A DNA stretch of 64,000 nucleotides, taken from NCBI GenBank assembly GCA_041661765.1, contig JBAZTV010000002.1:203279-267278 (forward strand), read 5' to 3'. The DNA comes from Candidatus Shapirobacteria bacterium. Lineage in GTDB: Bacteria > Patescibacteriota > Microgenomatia > UBA12405. A program made the position numbers and the translations under genes. Shown piece after piece: positions 50,304 to 59,586 of this stretch. How positions within the stretch are numbered: position 1 is the first letter of the stretch; each line of letters starts with the position of its first letter. Below the pieces are notes generated by a model, which saw only the letters and a list, made by a program, of their open reading frames with translations, had not been told where the DNA came from and made no database searches.

Positions 50304-50308
50304 CAAAA

Positions 50309-50380
50309 GTACGCCTAGAGGGAATCGAACCCCCATCAATAGTTCCGAAGACTACTACTCTATCCATTGAGCTATAGGCG
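50309..50380 (-). tRNA. tRNA-Arg (anticodon TCG)
   Basis: GCGCCTA acceptor, anticodon stem-loop GTAGT-CTTCGGA-ACTAT, T-loop TTCGATT. Confidence 0.7.
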
Positions 50381-50386
50381 CGCATT

Positions 50387-50462
50387 ATGGTGGGTCCGGC
50401 GGGACTCGAACCCGCGACCAATCGCTTAAGAGGCGACCGCTCTACCAACTGAGCTACAGACC
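50387..50462 (-). tRNA. tRNA-Lys (anticodon CTT), CCA encoded
   Basis: GGGTCTG acceptor, loop CTCTTAA, T-loop TTCGAGT, 3' ACCA. Confidence 0.8.
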
Positions 50463-50467
50463 CTTTC

Positions 50468-50541
50468 GTATCCTCAGTAGGGATCGAACCTACGACCTCT
50501 TCCTTAGAAGGGAAGCGCTCTATCCAACTGAGCTATGAGGA
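50468..50541 (-). tRNA. tRNA-Arg (anticodon TCT)
   Basis: GTCCTCA acceptor, anticodon stem-loop CTTCC-CTTCTAA-GGAAG, T-loop TTCGATC. Confidence 0.75.
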
Positions 50542-50623
50542 CAAATAATTACCTTGTATTTTACCAAATTATCCAAAAAAAATACCCATTATTCTTTTTT
50601 AAATAAAGATAACGGGTATACCA

Positions 50624-51289
50624 CTAAATTTTTATTGTCAAATAAGCTACCAACACAGAGATTTGAATTATTATTAATAATACAAAAATCCAAATTTGTA
50701 TTGGTATCAAAAATGCCAACAATAGAACCATTAATTCCAATAAAGATGCAGTTTTTGCAAACCATCGAGCACTCCCAATGCTGCGATAACCACAAATCAC
50801 ACCGGAAAATAATTCTTTGACTATTGATACAGTCAAGAACCAAACTGGAATAAAACCAAAAAAAACAGCAATCAAAATTATACTAAGGTGACAGATCTTA
50901 TCCGCAATCGGATCTAAAAACATTCCCAATACTGAAACTGTTCCTGTTTGACGAGCAATTGGACCATCAATTAAATCCAACGACATCAACATTAAATAAA
51001 TAATTAAATAAAACCATTTATTTACTCCAATCACAAATCCAATAATAAAGGCAACCAAAACAGCTATCAATCTAAACAGAGACAAAAGGTTGGGGATCAT
51101 CAATATTGTGTGCGGATCTGTATTTATTTTCCCTTGAAAAATTTTTTTAAAAAAAACACTAAACAAACCAACACTTTTAAATCCTTCTAGTCTCCATAAC
51201 CAATTTTGAAATCTATTTATTCTCAAAATAACATCGGGGGAAAACTTTATCACTTGATTAAAAAATTTAGTCAGTTCAAACTTCACCAT
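50624..51289 (-). CDS. CDP-alcohol phosphatidyltransferase family protein (second paralog)
   Basis: DLIDGPIARQTG...G...DPIADK signature. The start codon is uncertain (possible internal Met near 51126). Confidence 0.55.
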   Translation of the reverse strand: MVKFELTKFFNQVIKFSPDVILRINRFQNWLWRLEGFKSVGLFSVFFKKIFQGKINTDPHTILMIPNLLSLFRLIAVLVAFIIGFVIGVNKWFYLIIYLMLMSLDLIDGPIARQTGTVSVLGMFLDPIADKICHLSIILIAVFFGFIPVWFLTVSIVKELFSGVICGYRSIGSARWFAKTASLLELMVLLLAFLIPIQIWIFVLLIIIQISVLVAYLTIKI

Positions 51290-51404
51290 AAAAATCTCTC
51301 CCTTCGTTTTTTTTCATTATAACTAACTATAAAAGTGCAACAAACGAAAAAATTATACTATATCACCGCCAAATTTACAATCTAAACAGTTAAGCCAGTA
51401 AAAA

Positions 51405-51971
51405 TTAATTCTTTCGTGATAAATAAGCTCCAGTTTCCGTATTTACTAAAATTTCTTCACCTACTTTAATAAACAAAGGCACCTGAACCGTCATTCCCGT
51501 ATCTAAGATTGCCTGTTTTGTGGCATTAGTTACCGTATCACCCTTAACCGAACTTTCAGATTCAACAACTTTAAAAGCAATCGTTTTAGGCAAACTAATA
51601 CCAATTGGTTTATCGTCATAAAATTTAATCCTATACAAAAGCCCTTCCTTCAAATAAACCTTATCATCACCAATAATTTCTACCGGCACCATATATTGTT
51701 CAAAATTTCTTGGCTCAATGAAAACATAATTAGATCCATCAAAATAAGAATATTCAGCCTCGTGTGTTTCCACTAATACTTCTTCAACTTTTTCTCCCGA
51801 TTTATAAGTATATTCCACAATTCTTCCAGAATAAAGATTTTTAAATTTAGTTCTATAAAAAGCTGAACCTTTACCAGGACTAACAAATGCAATATCTACC
51901 ACCATATGCGGTTCGTCTTGAAAAAGAATATAAATACCTTTTTTAAATTGTGATGTTGATATAACTCCCAT
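51405..51971 (-). CDS. efp: Elongation factor P
   Basis: 188 aa with the KOW-like N-terminus SPGKGSAFYRTKFKNL. Confidence 0.85.
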   Translation of the reverse strand: MGVISTSQFKKGIYILFQDEPHMVVDIAFVSPGKGSAFYRTKFKNLYSGRIVEYTYKSGEKVEEVLVETHEAEYSYFDGSNYVFIEPRNFEQYMVPVEIIGDDKVYLKEGLLYRIKFYDDKPIGISLPKTIAFKVVESESSVKGDTVTNATKQAILDTGMTVQVPLFIKVGEEILVNTETGAYLSRKN

Positions 51972-52081
51972 AGGCCGATTTTAACACAAAAAAAATCCCA
52001 GAGTAACTTTTTAGAGGAGCCACCCCGGGATCTGATTCAGACTATATCAAAATATTATAGACAAATCAAGATACAACTCTA

Positions 52082-52693
52082 TTACTTATCAAAACTCCCA
52101 CTTTTAAGTTCTTCAATAAATTGATTGACACCATTTGCCCAGGAACCATTTGAACTCGGACAATATTTTTTCATTATCAATTCTGGAGTATTTAGTCCTT
52201 TATCAAAATATTCTCTTTTTAAGTATTCTGCATAACTCTTAATAGCTATCTCATAATTATCAAATTTAAGCGTTCCCTTTTTATGAATCCCATACCCCCA
52301 ACAATTATGTGAATCTTCCGGTGCCTTTTTACACAAATTAGATTCCTGTTGGGCAATCGCTACAATCCAATAATATTCAAAACCATAGTCTTCTGATATT
52401 TGAAAAATCAAATCGGAATATGGAGCCATAGGTGAATTATATTTTTCTAAATAATTTTTTATTAACATTGGTCTCGCATCAGCTCCACTTACAGTTGCAT
52501 CCACAAAAATATTTTTATTATCTTCCGCTGCAGATTCAATGATCACTTTTTCATTACCAATTCCCAATACCACATTATTATGATTCGTTTCTGACAAATA
52601 GATTAATTCACCAAAACCAATAGTCAAAACTAAAACCAAAAAAACTGGTATTAATAACAATCGTTTAATACTAAATAATGGTTTCTCAATCAT
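52082..52693 (-). CDS. Membrane-anchored protein, possible lysozyme-like/glucosaminidase fold
   Basis: N-terminal TM helix. The AIAQQESN segment is reminiscent of muramidase catalytic Glu context. Weak evidence. Confidence 0.3.
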   Translation of the reverse strand: MIEKPLFSIKRLLLIPVFLVLVLTIGFGELIYLSETNHNNVVLGIGNEKVIIESAAEDNKNIFVDATVSGADARPMLIKNYLEKYNSPMAPYSDLIFQISEDYGFEYYWIVAIAQQESNLCKKAPEDSHNCWGYGIHKKGTLKFDNYEIAIKSYAEYLKREYFDKGLNTPELIMKKYCPSSNGSWANGVNQFIEELKSGSFDK

Positions 52694-52708
52694 TATTCTT
52701 ATGTTATC

Positions 52709-53536
52709 ATGGTGGCACTTATGAAAACAAATTCCACCGATCTAAAAAAACAAAACAATAAAGTTTTTACTTTGAATATCGAGGTTAAAGTTGCTGATAT
52801 TAAAAAAGAACATCAGAAACATTTAAAACAATTCCAAGCTAATTTCGAAACTAAAGGTTTTAGAAAAGGCAAAGCTCCTTTAGATGTTGTCCAACAAAAT
52901 ATTTCTGAAGAAAAATTATTTGAAGAAATTGCTTCTCATATAATCTCCCATGCTTACGGTGAAAAAATTAAAGAATATTGCTTAAAACCCATTATTCAAC
53001 CTCAAGTCAAATTTATTAATAAAGATGTCGATTTTGATCATGATTGGCAACTAGAAATCACCAGTTGCGAACTACCAGAAATCAAACTAAATGAAAAATA
53101 TCTAATCGAAATTAAAAAAGTAAATTCTAATAAAACTATCACAGAAGAAAATCAAAAAATTGAAAAAATTATTGAAGCTTTAACTAAAAACGGCCAAGTT
53201 GATCTACCTGAAATATTAATTGAATCTGATATTCAAAATCAATTATCTCAATTAATAGATCAATCTCGACAAGCCGGAATCAGTGTTGCTGATTATCTTA
53301 AAAACAAAGGTTTAACTCTCGAAAAATACAAAGAAGATTTAAAAACTCAAATAATTAAAGAATGGACCCTTAATCTAGCCATTAGTCAAATCGCCAAAGA
53401 GCAAAAAATTGAAGTTTCTGAAAAAGAAGTTACTGACATTACTAATTCTAATCCATCTATTGGCCAAAACGTAAATTTCATTTATTACATCTTAACTCAA
53501 CAAAAAGTCTTCGATTTTTTAAAAAAATTGATATAA
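52709..53536 (+). CDS. tig: Trigger factor-like chaperone (short; no PPIase domain evident)
   Basis: N-terminal ribosome-binding signature GFRKGKAPLDVV. 275 aa against ~430 typical. Confidence 0.5.
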   Translation: MVALMKTNSTDLKKQNNKVFTLNIEVKVADIKKEHQKHLKQFQANFETKGFRKGKAPLDVVQQNISEEKLFEEIASHIISHAYGEKIKEYCLKPIIQPQVKFINKDVDFDHDWQLEITSCELPEIKLNEKYLIEIKKVNSNKTITEENQKIEKIIEALTKNGQVDLPEILIESDIQNQLSQLIDQSRQAGISVADYLKNKGLTLEKYKEDLKTQIIKEWTLNLAISQIAKEQKIEVSEKEVTDITNSNPSIGQNVNFIYYILTQQKVFDFLKKLI

Positions 53537-53545
53537 TAGGCCACT

Positions 53546-54091
53546 ATGGCAGGTAGCTACGGATTCAAACAGGATCCTAAAAGAAAATTAGTCAGTAATA
53601 ATAATAACGAAGTTTTAAAAGAATTCTCCGATCCTTTTCGTGGCGTTCTTTTCCCTGGTCAAAGCATTGACTTAAATAAAAAAGAAACCACAAGTATTAA
53701 TTGGAATCGAGATTTTTTAGTTAAATCAACTACTCAAGAACAGGCAATTTTTATTAATCATCATTCTCAAGAAATCAAAAAAACTATTAATGATCTTCGC
53801 CTTGAAATTAAAAGTCTAATTAAAACTACTGAAAATCTTAATCAAGAAATAAAACAATCAGTCGAACAAAATGTGGCCGAAATCAGCGAATATCAATTAA
53901 ATTTCTTTAATAGAATTAAAATATTTATCATTAATTTTCGCCAAGACATTAATGAAGCTCATATTTGGCTAGAAAGTTTTAACCATAAAAAATCAAAGAA
54001 AAATGCTTTTTGGAATAAGGCTAAAAGTAAAAACGGTGGCGAACAATATTTAATGAGCAGTGAACACAGTGCTTCCCGGTCCGCAAACTAA
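53546..54091 (+). CDS. Hypothetical protein
   Basis: ORF only. Confidence 0.4.
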   Translation: MAGSYGFKQDPKRKLVSNNNNEVLKEFSDPFRGVLFPGQSIDLNKKETTSINWNRDFLVKSTTQEQAIFINHHSQEIKKTINDLRLEIKSLIKTTENLNQEIKQSVEQNVAEISEYQLNFFNRIKIFIINFRQDINEAHIWLESFNHKKSKKNAFWNKAKSKNGGEQYLMSSEHSASRSAN

Positions 54092-54136
54092 ATCTTTTTT
54101 TCAATCAATTTTTAAGTTATAATCCTGGTTGTCCGA

Positions 54137-54210
54137 GAGTCTATAGCTCAGTTGGTTAGAGCGCTTCGTTGACATCGAAGAGGTCAGAGGTTCGAGTCCT
54201 CTTAGACTCA
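54137..54210 (+). tRNA. tRNA-Val (anticodon GAC)
   Basis: GAGTCTA/TAGACTC acceptor, anticodon stem-loop CTTCG-TTGACAT-CGAAG, T-arm AGAGG-TTCGAGT-CCTCT. Confidence 0.85.
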
Positions 54211-54213
54211 CAA

Positions 54214-55014
54214 TTATTTTTCAGAAAAACAGTCTTCCATAAATTTAATTTCTGCTTTCATTACAGAAACCCAATCGTCAGTATCATGTCCAGCCATTTG
54301 CCTATTACTCTTAAAATCTACCATTTTAACATTAGTAAATGACCTTTTTAATACTCCTTCAGTAGATTTATAATCAATAAGTTTATCGTTATCAAATCTA
54401 ATCAATAATGTTGGAGTTTCTATTTTTGGGTTTATTTCGATATTTGTCTCTAATGCTGAACCCATTTCCTGTTTCCACTTTTCAGAATCTTGAACAAATT
54501 TTCCAATCAATTTATCTAAATGATTTACACTCATTCTTAATAATAAAGAACTATTTTCTTTATTAATTAGTGGTACCTGAAAAATAACCCCTTTCACTGG
54601 AAATTCTTTTAAAACACTTCCATTGTTTAACAAATCCCAAGTCGCCACACCACCTTGAGAATAGGCATGAAGAATAATTGCTTTAGATTTTGGAATTTCA
54701 TTTCCAATATTAGACAACATTCCATAAACACTTTTAGTCACAGTTTCTGGAACATATGGTTTTGGATTTGAAAAAGTAATTACATTAAAAAATGGTCCTG
54801 AATCAAACGCTTCTGAAAAATATTTTAAGTCTTTCAATCCATTATCTCCAACTCCCGGAATATTTACCACTAAATTAGGCGATTCTCTATTTAGAATATT
54901 AATCCAATAATCAATTTTTAAACCATCAATTTCAATTTGTTTTTTAATTGATAGACAATCTTTAATTTTAACAGAATCAATTTTTCCAGACCAATTCTTT
55001 TTTTTTAAATCCAT
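54214..55014 (-). CDS. Alpha/beta hydrolase (esterase/lipase-like)
   Basis: GxSxG nucleophile elbow HAYSQGG. Confidence 0.5.
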   Translation of the reverse strand: MDLKKKNWSGKIDSVKIKDCLSIKKQIEIDGLKIDYWINILNRESPNLVVNIPGVGDNGLKDLKYFSEAFDSGPFFNVITFSNPKPYVPETVTKSVYGMLSNIGNEIPKSKAIILHAYSQGGVATWDLLNNGSVLKEFPVKGVIFQVPLINKENSSLLLRMSVNHLDKLIGKFVQDSEKWKQEMGSALETNIEINPKIETPTLLIRFDNDKLIDYKSTEGVLKRSFTNVKMVDFKSNRQMAGHDTDDWVSVMKAEIKFMEDCFSEK

Positions 55015-55036
55015 AAAATACTATTAGACTCACAAC

Positions 55037-55342
55037 TTAAATAAACTTTTCCTTCTCAAGTAATTTTTTGATCTCCTTAAATTGAATTTCCACTTCTCTT
55101 AACTTAGATAAAATCGAAGTTTCAATAGTTTCCTCCAAAAAAAAACTCAATGGTTGATCAGTAACTTTAGAAATTTTTTCAATAACACTTAACGGAGGAT
55201 TAGCCCGATCAGATTCATAAGCAGAAATTGATTTATCACTAACTCCCATTGCATTAGCCAACTCCTCTTGAGTAATTCGCCTAATTTTACGAGCTGCCTT
55301 AATTTTTTGACCAATTTTTAACATTTCCTTATTGACATCCAA
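55037..55342 (-). CDS. XRE-family HTH transcriptional regulator
   Basis: IGQKIKAARKIRRITQEELANAMGVSDKSISAYESDRANP HTH_3. Confidence 0.65.
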   Translation of the reverse strand: MDVNKEMLKIGQKIKAARKIRRITQEELANAMGVSDKSISAYESDRANPPLSVIEKISKVTDQPLSFFLEETIETSILSKLREVEIQFKEIKKLLEKEKFI

Positions 55343-55373
55343 ACTCTAACATGATTAGATTTTTATATAACAA

Positions 55374-55724
55374 ATGAAGAATATTCTCCTCATTATCACT
55401 GATAATAAAACTAGACAATTATATCACGAGATTCTCCTTTCTAAAGGCGTTGAGGTCATTCCCATAGCCGATCTATCGACCGCCATAATGCTTTTAAGTC
55501 TAAACCAATTTAATTTAGCAGTTTTAGACGCCGACCAAAATCCAACAGAAGTTGAGGTTTTTCTAAGACTTCGTCAAAAACATCACCGTCTTTCCAAGAC
55601 TAAATTTATAATTTTATCTCAAAATAACGATTTCAATCCAAAAATAACAAAGATGGATTTCGTTATTCACATTTCCCAAACACCCATCAAAGATATCATT
55701 AATCAAATCGAACAATCAATGTAA
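55374..55724 (+). CDS. Stand-alone response-regulator receiver-like domain protein
   Basis: CheY-like pattern ILLIITDN...LAVLDAD...K. Divergent from the XRE regulator. Confidence 0.45.
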   Translation: MKNILLIITDNKTRQLYHEILLSKGVEVIPIADLSTAIMLLSLNQFNLAVLDADQNPTEVEVFLRLRQKHHRLSKTKFIILSQNNDFNPKITKMDFVIHISQTPIKDIINQIEQSM

Positions 55725-55740
55725 TTTTTAGTACAATTTA

Positions 55741-56382
55741 TTGATGAGGAAGATTAAGTCACTGCCAATAAATCTTAGACCACGAGAAAGATTAATGAAA
55801 TATGGAGCTGATATTTTAAATCTTGAAGAACTATTAGCCGTAATTCTAATTACCGGCAATAAACTCTTACCACTCTCACAAATCAGCACTAAAATTTCCA
55901 ATATAATCAAGAAAAATAATAATCCAAAAGATGAATTATTAAAATTAAAAATTGGCCAAAGTAAAACCGCTCAAATTTTAGCCACCCTAGAAATCGGAAA
56001 AAGATTATTTAGCCAAAATATAACAACCATAAAGTCAGACAAACAAGTATTTGGACTCTCTTATGAAATTATTAACAAAGAGAAAGAATCCGTCCTTTGT
56101 TTTTATTTAAACGGTAGAGGAGAACTTCTTCAAAAAGAATTAATCGCCATTGGCTCACTCAATAAAGCTAACCTTTTACCTCGAGATATTTTTACTCTAA
56201 TCAAAAATTTACCCATAGTTTCAATAATTTTGGTCCACAATCATCCATCTGGAAACTTAGACCCTTCAAAAGAAGATCTAATTTTTACTCGACGAATTAA
56301 ATTAGCCGGCGATCTTATCGGTATTAAATTGCTCAATCATTACATCATTTCCCAAAACGGCTGGAATAAAATCATTTTTTAA
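55741..56382 (+). CDS. radC: RadC-like JAB/MPN domain protein
   Basis: C-terminal JAMM motif HNHPSG...D, with an N-terminal HhH-like region. Confidence 0.75.
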   Translation: MMRKIKSLPINLRPRERLMKYGADILNLEELLAVILITGNKLLPLSQISTKISNIIKKNNNPKDELLKLKIGQSKTAQILATLEIGKRLFSQNITTIKSDKQVFGLSYEIINKEKESVLCFYLNGRGELLQKELIAIGSLNKANLLPRDIFTLIKNLPIVSIILVHNHPSGNLDPSKEDLIFTRRIKLAGDLIGIKLLNHYIISQNGWNKIIF

Positions 56383-56508
56383 TATAAAATACCCATCAGA
56401 AATGAAAAATTTTGTTTACAGTACTAACAAAACTACATCGCCCAACAGGGCATAACCTTTTTGCTTTGATTGGGCTTTCCACTTTCTTGTTAAAATACTT
56501 ATATAACA

Positions 56509-56536
56509 TGTAGAGACGCATCATGATGCGTCTCCC
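56509..56536 (+). repeat. GC-rich palindrome, family 2 copy 1 (TGTAGAGACGCATCATGATGCGTCTC), 13 nt upstream of the thrS ATG
   Basis: Perfect 22-nt palindrome at 56513-56534. It shares the 11-mer TGTAGAGACGC with the copy at 58314. Confidence 0.65.
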
Positions 56537-56548
56537 AATAAAAAAATT

Positions 56549-58306
56549 ATGTCACAAAACAATCAAAATTCAGAACTTCAAAATATCCGTCATTCAGCCG
56601 AACATGTCTTAACTCAAGCCATGCAACGACTTTTTCCCAATAAATTTTTAATGGCCATGGGACCAGCCACCGACGATGGTTTTTATTTTGATTTCGAACC
56701 AGTAGAGGATTTTAAAGTTAGCGAAAATGATTTTCCTCAAATCGAAGCCGAAATGGCCAAAATTATCAAAGAAAATTTACCCATAATTAAGGAAGAAATT
56801 AAATTAGAAGACGCTAAAAAATTATTCGCCGACAATCCTTATAAAATGGAATGGCTAAACTCTATCAAAAATAGGGGAGAGGTAATTACTATTTACAAAA
56901 CTGGCGATGAATTTACTGATCTCTGCGCCGGTCCTCACGTCCGCTACACCAAACAAATCAAAGCTTTTAAACTTTTATCCATCGCTGGCGCCTATTGGCA
57001 TGGTGATGAAAAAAATAAAATGTTAACCCGTATCTACGGCACCGCTTTTGAATCAAAAGAAGAATTAGAAAAATATTTAATCAATATTGAAGAAGCCAAA
57101 AAACGCGACCATCGCAAATTAGGCCCACAATTAGGCATTTTCTTTATTGATGAAACAGCCCCTGGCATGCCCTATTGGCTTCCCAAGGGAACTATTATTA
57201 TCAACGAATTACTTAAATTTTGGCGCTCTGAACATCAAAAAAGAGGCTATCAGGAAACTATCACTCCTCAATTAAACAAAAAACAGCTCTACGAAACTTC
57301 CGGACACTGGGATCACTATAAAGAAAATATGTTTATTTGTGACATGGGTGAAAATGAAATTTATTGTCTCAAACCAATGAATTGTCCCAATGCTATGACT
57401 ATTTTTAAACAGGGAATTCATAGTTACCGGGAACTTCCTCTTCGTCTTTCAGACTGCGATGCTCTCCATCGTCATGAAAAATCCGGTGAGTTAAGTGGCT
57501 TACTCCGTGTTCAAAAATTTTCTCAAGACGATGCTCATATTTTTGTTGCCGAAGATCAAATTGGCGAAGAATACAAAAGAATTTTAGAAATTGCCAAACT
57601 TTTTTACTCTATTTTTGGAATAGAATTTAAAATCCGTCTCGGCACCCGACCAGACGATTTTATGGGTGATATTGAAACTTGGAACCGTGCCGAAAAAGAG
57701 TTGGAACAGATTTTAATTGATAATAAATTTGATTATTTCATTGGTGAAGGCGAAGGTGCTTTTTATGGTCCAAAATTAGACATTCTCATGGATGATTGTC
57801 TCGGTCGCCAATGGCAAACCGGCACCATTCAATTAGATTTTCAACTTCCTCGTAATTTCGAATTAAAATATACCGACAAAGATGGCCAAGAAAAAACCCC
57901 AGTTGTTATTCACCGAGTTATCTACGGTTCTCTCGAAAGATTTATGGGTATTTTAATTGAACAATTCGCTGGTGCCTTTCCAATTTGGATTTCCCCAGTT
58001 CAAGTCAAAATAATACCCATTACTGATGGTCAATTAGAATATGCCCAAAAAATAGGCGAATCTTTAAGAGAAAATGACATCCGAGTCGAAGTCGACGATA
58101 AATCTGAAACCATGCAAAATAAAATAAGAAATGCTGCCGGCGAAAAAATTCCCTACATGATTATTGTTGGTGGTCGCGAAGCCGAAAATCAAACTATTTC
58201 CATCCGCCAACGCGATGGCCAAGATCTCGGAACTATGGATTTAAAAGATTTTATTTCAAAAATAAAAGACCAAGTCGCTTCCAAATCTTTAAATTTAATC
58301 AAATAA
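56549..58306 (+). CDS. thrS: Threonyl-tRNA synthetase (no N-terminal TGS domain)
   Basis: N2/editing-domain start (RHSAEHVLTQAMQ), class II core, C-terminal anticodon-binding domain. 585 aa. Confidence 0.85.
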   Translation: MSQNNQNSELQNIRHSAEHVLTQAMQRLFPNKFLMAMGPATDDGFYFDFEPVEDFKVSENDFPQIEAEMAKIIKENLPIIKEEIKLEDAKKLFADNPYKMEWLNSIKNRGEVITIYKTGDEFTDLCAGPHVRYTKQIKAFKLLSIAGAYWHGDEKNKMLTRIYGTAFESKEELEKYLINIEEAKKRDHRKLGPQLGIFFIDETAPGMPYWLPKGTIIINELLKFWRSEHQKRGYQETITPQLNKKQLYETSGHWDHYKENMFICDMGENEIYCLKPMNCPNAMTIFKQGIHSYRELPLRLSDCDALHRHEKSGELSGLLRVQKFSQDDAHIFVAEDQIGEEYKRILEIAKLFYSIFGIEFKIRLGTRPDDFMGDIETWNRAEKELEQILIDNKFDYFIGEGEGAFYGPKLDILMDDCLGRQWQTGTIQLDFQLPRNFELKYTDKDGQEKTPVVIHRVIYGSLERFMGILIEQFAGAFPIWISPVQVKIIPITDGQLEYAQKIGESLRENDIRVEVDDKSETMQNKIRNAAGEKIPYMIIVGGREAENQTISIRQRDGQDLGTMDLKDFISKIKDQVASKSLNLIK

Positions 58307-58314
58307 TTTAATCT

Positions 58315-58342
58315 GTAGAGACGCCATGCATGGCGTCTCTAC
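58315..58342 (+). repeat. GC-rich palindrome, family 2 copy 2 (GTAGAGACGCCATGCATGGCGTCTCTAC), 9 nt after the thrS stop
   Basis: Perfect 28-nt palindrome. Not followed by a T-run. Confidence 0.65.
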
Positions 58343-58368
58343 TCTAAACCCCATCTTATTCTTAAAAC

Positions 58369-58397
58369 TTGACTTTTTACTAGTTATGTCCTATAAT
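58369..58397 (+). promoter_or_regulatory. Consensus sigma70-type promoter TTGACT-N17-TATAAT
   Basis: The -35 lies at 58369-74 and the -10 at 58392-97. It drives ORF 58576 through a roughly 175-nt leader containing a GCAGCTGC palindrome and a GAGGTG RBS. Confidence 0.55.
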
Positions 58398-58575
58398 GTG
58401 CTAAGTAGTTTATAAAATTAGCTTTAATAAACTATTTGTTCTTTAAAAAATTAATCCTATAAAACTTTAAAATCGCTTGTTTCTGCTGTGCTATCTTGTA
58501 TATCAAATAAATTATCGATGTACAGGCTAGCGCAGCTGCATCGCAATGCGACTTTAATGTTATGAGGTGTTTAGT

Positions 58576-59406
58576 ATGTTTAAAAAGGGTTTAATGGGTT
58601 TATTGGTTCTATGTATGGTGTTTGGCTTATCAAGTATTGCTTTTGCAAGTAATGGAAATTCCGTTAATTGGAAAACCAATACAGTGTCACTGTCAGCAGA
58701 CGATTTTTATATCACTGTTGATGGAACAAGTTATGTCCCTAACGCTACCACAATAATCAATTCCGACCCTGGCGATCCAGAATACACCACTTTTGAAACC
58801 ACTTGGTTCCAAAATGGAGTTGAAATGAGAATGAATCTGTATTTTATGGCTAATTCTCAAAATTATTGGATCTCAGAAGCCAGAATTTACGACGGAAAAA
58901 ACCCAGTTAATTGGATAGTTCTTGATAATATCAAACTATTTCAATCACCACTGGAAAAGACCGTTAGTAAAGATTTCTTTTCTGTCAGCTTTAGTAATAG
59001 TGCCACGATTAATTTTAAAAATTTAAAATTAGAAGTGTTTCCCAAGGTTAAAAAACTAGTAGAAGAAAACGAAATTTCAATCTGCTCTGAATTATTTCTT
59101 GAAAAAGGAACCATTATTAGAGCATCAACCATTGCTTTTCTGACTTGTCCCGAAGGCGACGGCAAAACAACCCCAAAATACACTACATTGTTTTCTTCCG
59201 ATAAAAACAACATTATTGTCGTTTTGGATGAAGACATGCAAGTCTATTTAACCGAAGGAGGATATGTCTGTACTATTTTTGATGATGTCGATGAATATTT
59301 ATCAACACTTAAAAACCGATGCGACATCACTCCTAAAGCGGTTGTCCATATGGATAATCAAAAATCCCAGTTCATTCAACTTGTACTATCTCTTCTCCAG
59401 GATTAA
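58576..59406 (+). CDS. Secreted hypothetical protein, compositionally atypical
   Basis: Start moved to the ATG at 58576 (RBS GAGGTG 5 nt upstream); the track starts at a GTG at 58567. Signal peptide. A-ending codon bias. Confidence 0.5.
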   Translation: MFKKGLMGLLVLCMVFGLSSIAFASNGNSVNWKTNTVSLSADDFYITVDGTSYVPNATTIINSDPGDPEYTTFETTWFQNGVEMRMNLYFMANSQNYWISEARIYDGKNPVNWIVLDNIKLFQSPLEKTVSKDFFSVSFSNSATINFKNLKLEVFPKVKKLVEENEISICSELFLEKGTIIRASTIAFLTCPEGDGKTTPKYTTLFSSDKNNIIVVLDEDMQVYLTEGGYVCTIFDDVDEYLSTLKNRCDITPKAVVHMDNQKSQFIQLVLSLLQD

Positions 59407-59412
59407 TCTCTA

Positions 59413-59470
59413 AAACCGGCAGGTATTTGCGAACATTTTGTTCAAAAATATTTCTGCCGGTTTTTTCTTT
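59413..59470 (+). terminator. Rho-independent terminator (AAACCGGCAG ... CTGCCGGTTT + TTTTTT)
   Basis: 10-bp perfect stem, a 31-nt loop containing GAACATTTTGTTC, and a T-run. Confidence 0.7.
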
Positions 59471-59586
59471 TCTTTAGGTGAAATTTTAAACGAAGTGATA
59501 AAATTTTCCTAAAGACAAGACTCCGATTTATCGGAGCTATATTTTAATGATTTTCTCCTTCATTTCTGGTAAAATAGACAAATTAT

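Noticed and set aside
50218-50448. Track ORF of 76 aa (-).
   Set aside because: It lies entirely within the Leu-Arg-Lys-Arg tRNA array.
59431-59443. GAACATTTTGTTC in the terminator loop resembles a Cheo/LexA box (GAAC-N4-GTTC).
   Set aside because: The spacing is N5, not N4. It sits inside a terminator hairpin loop rather than a promoter.
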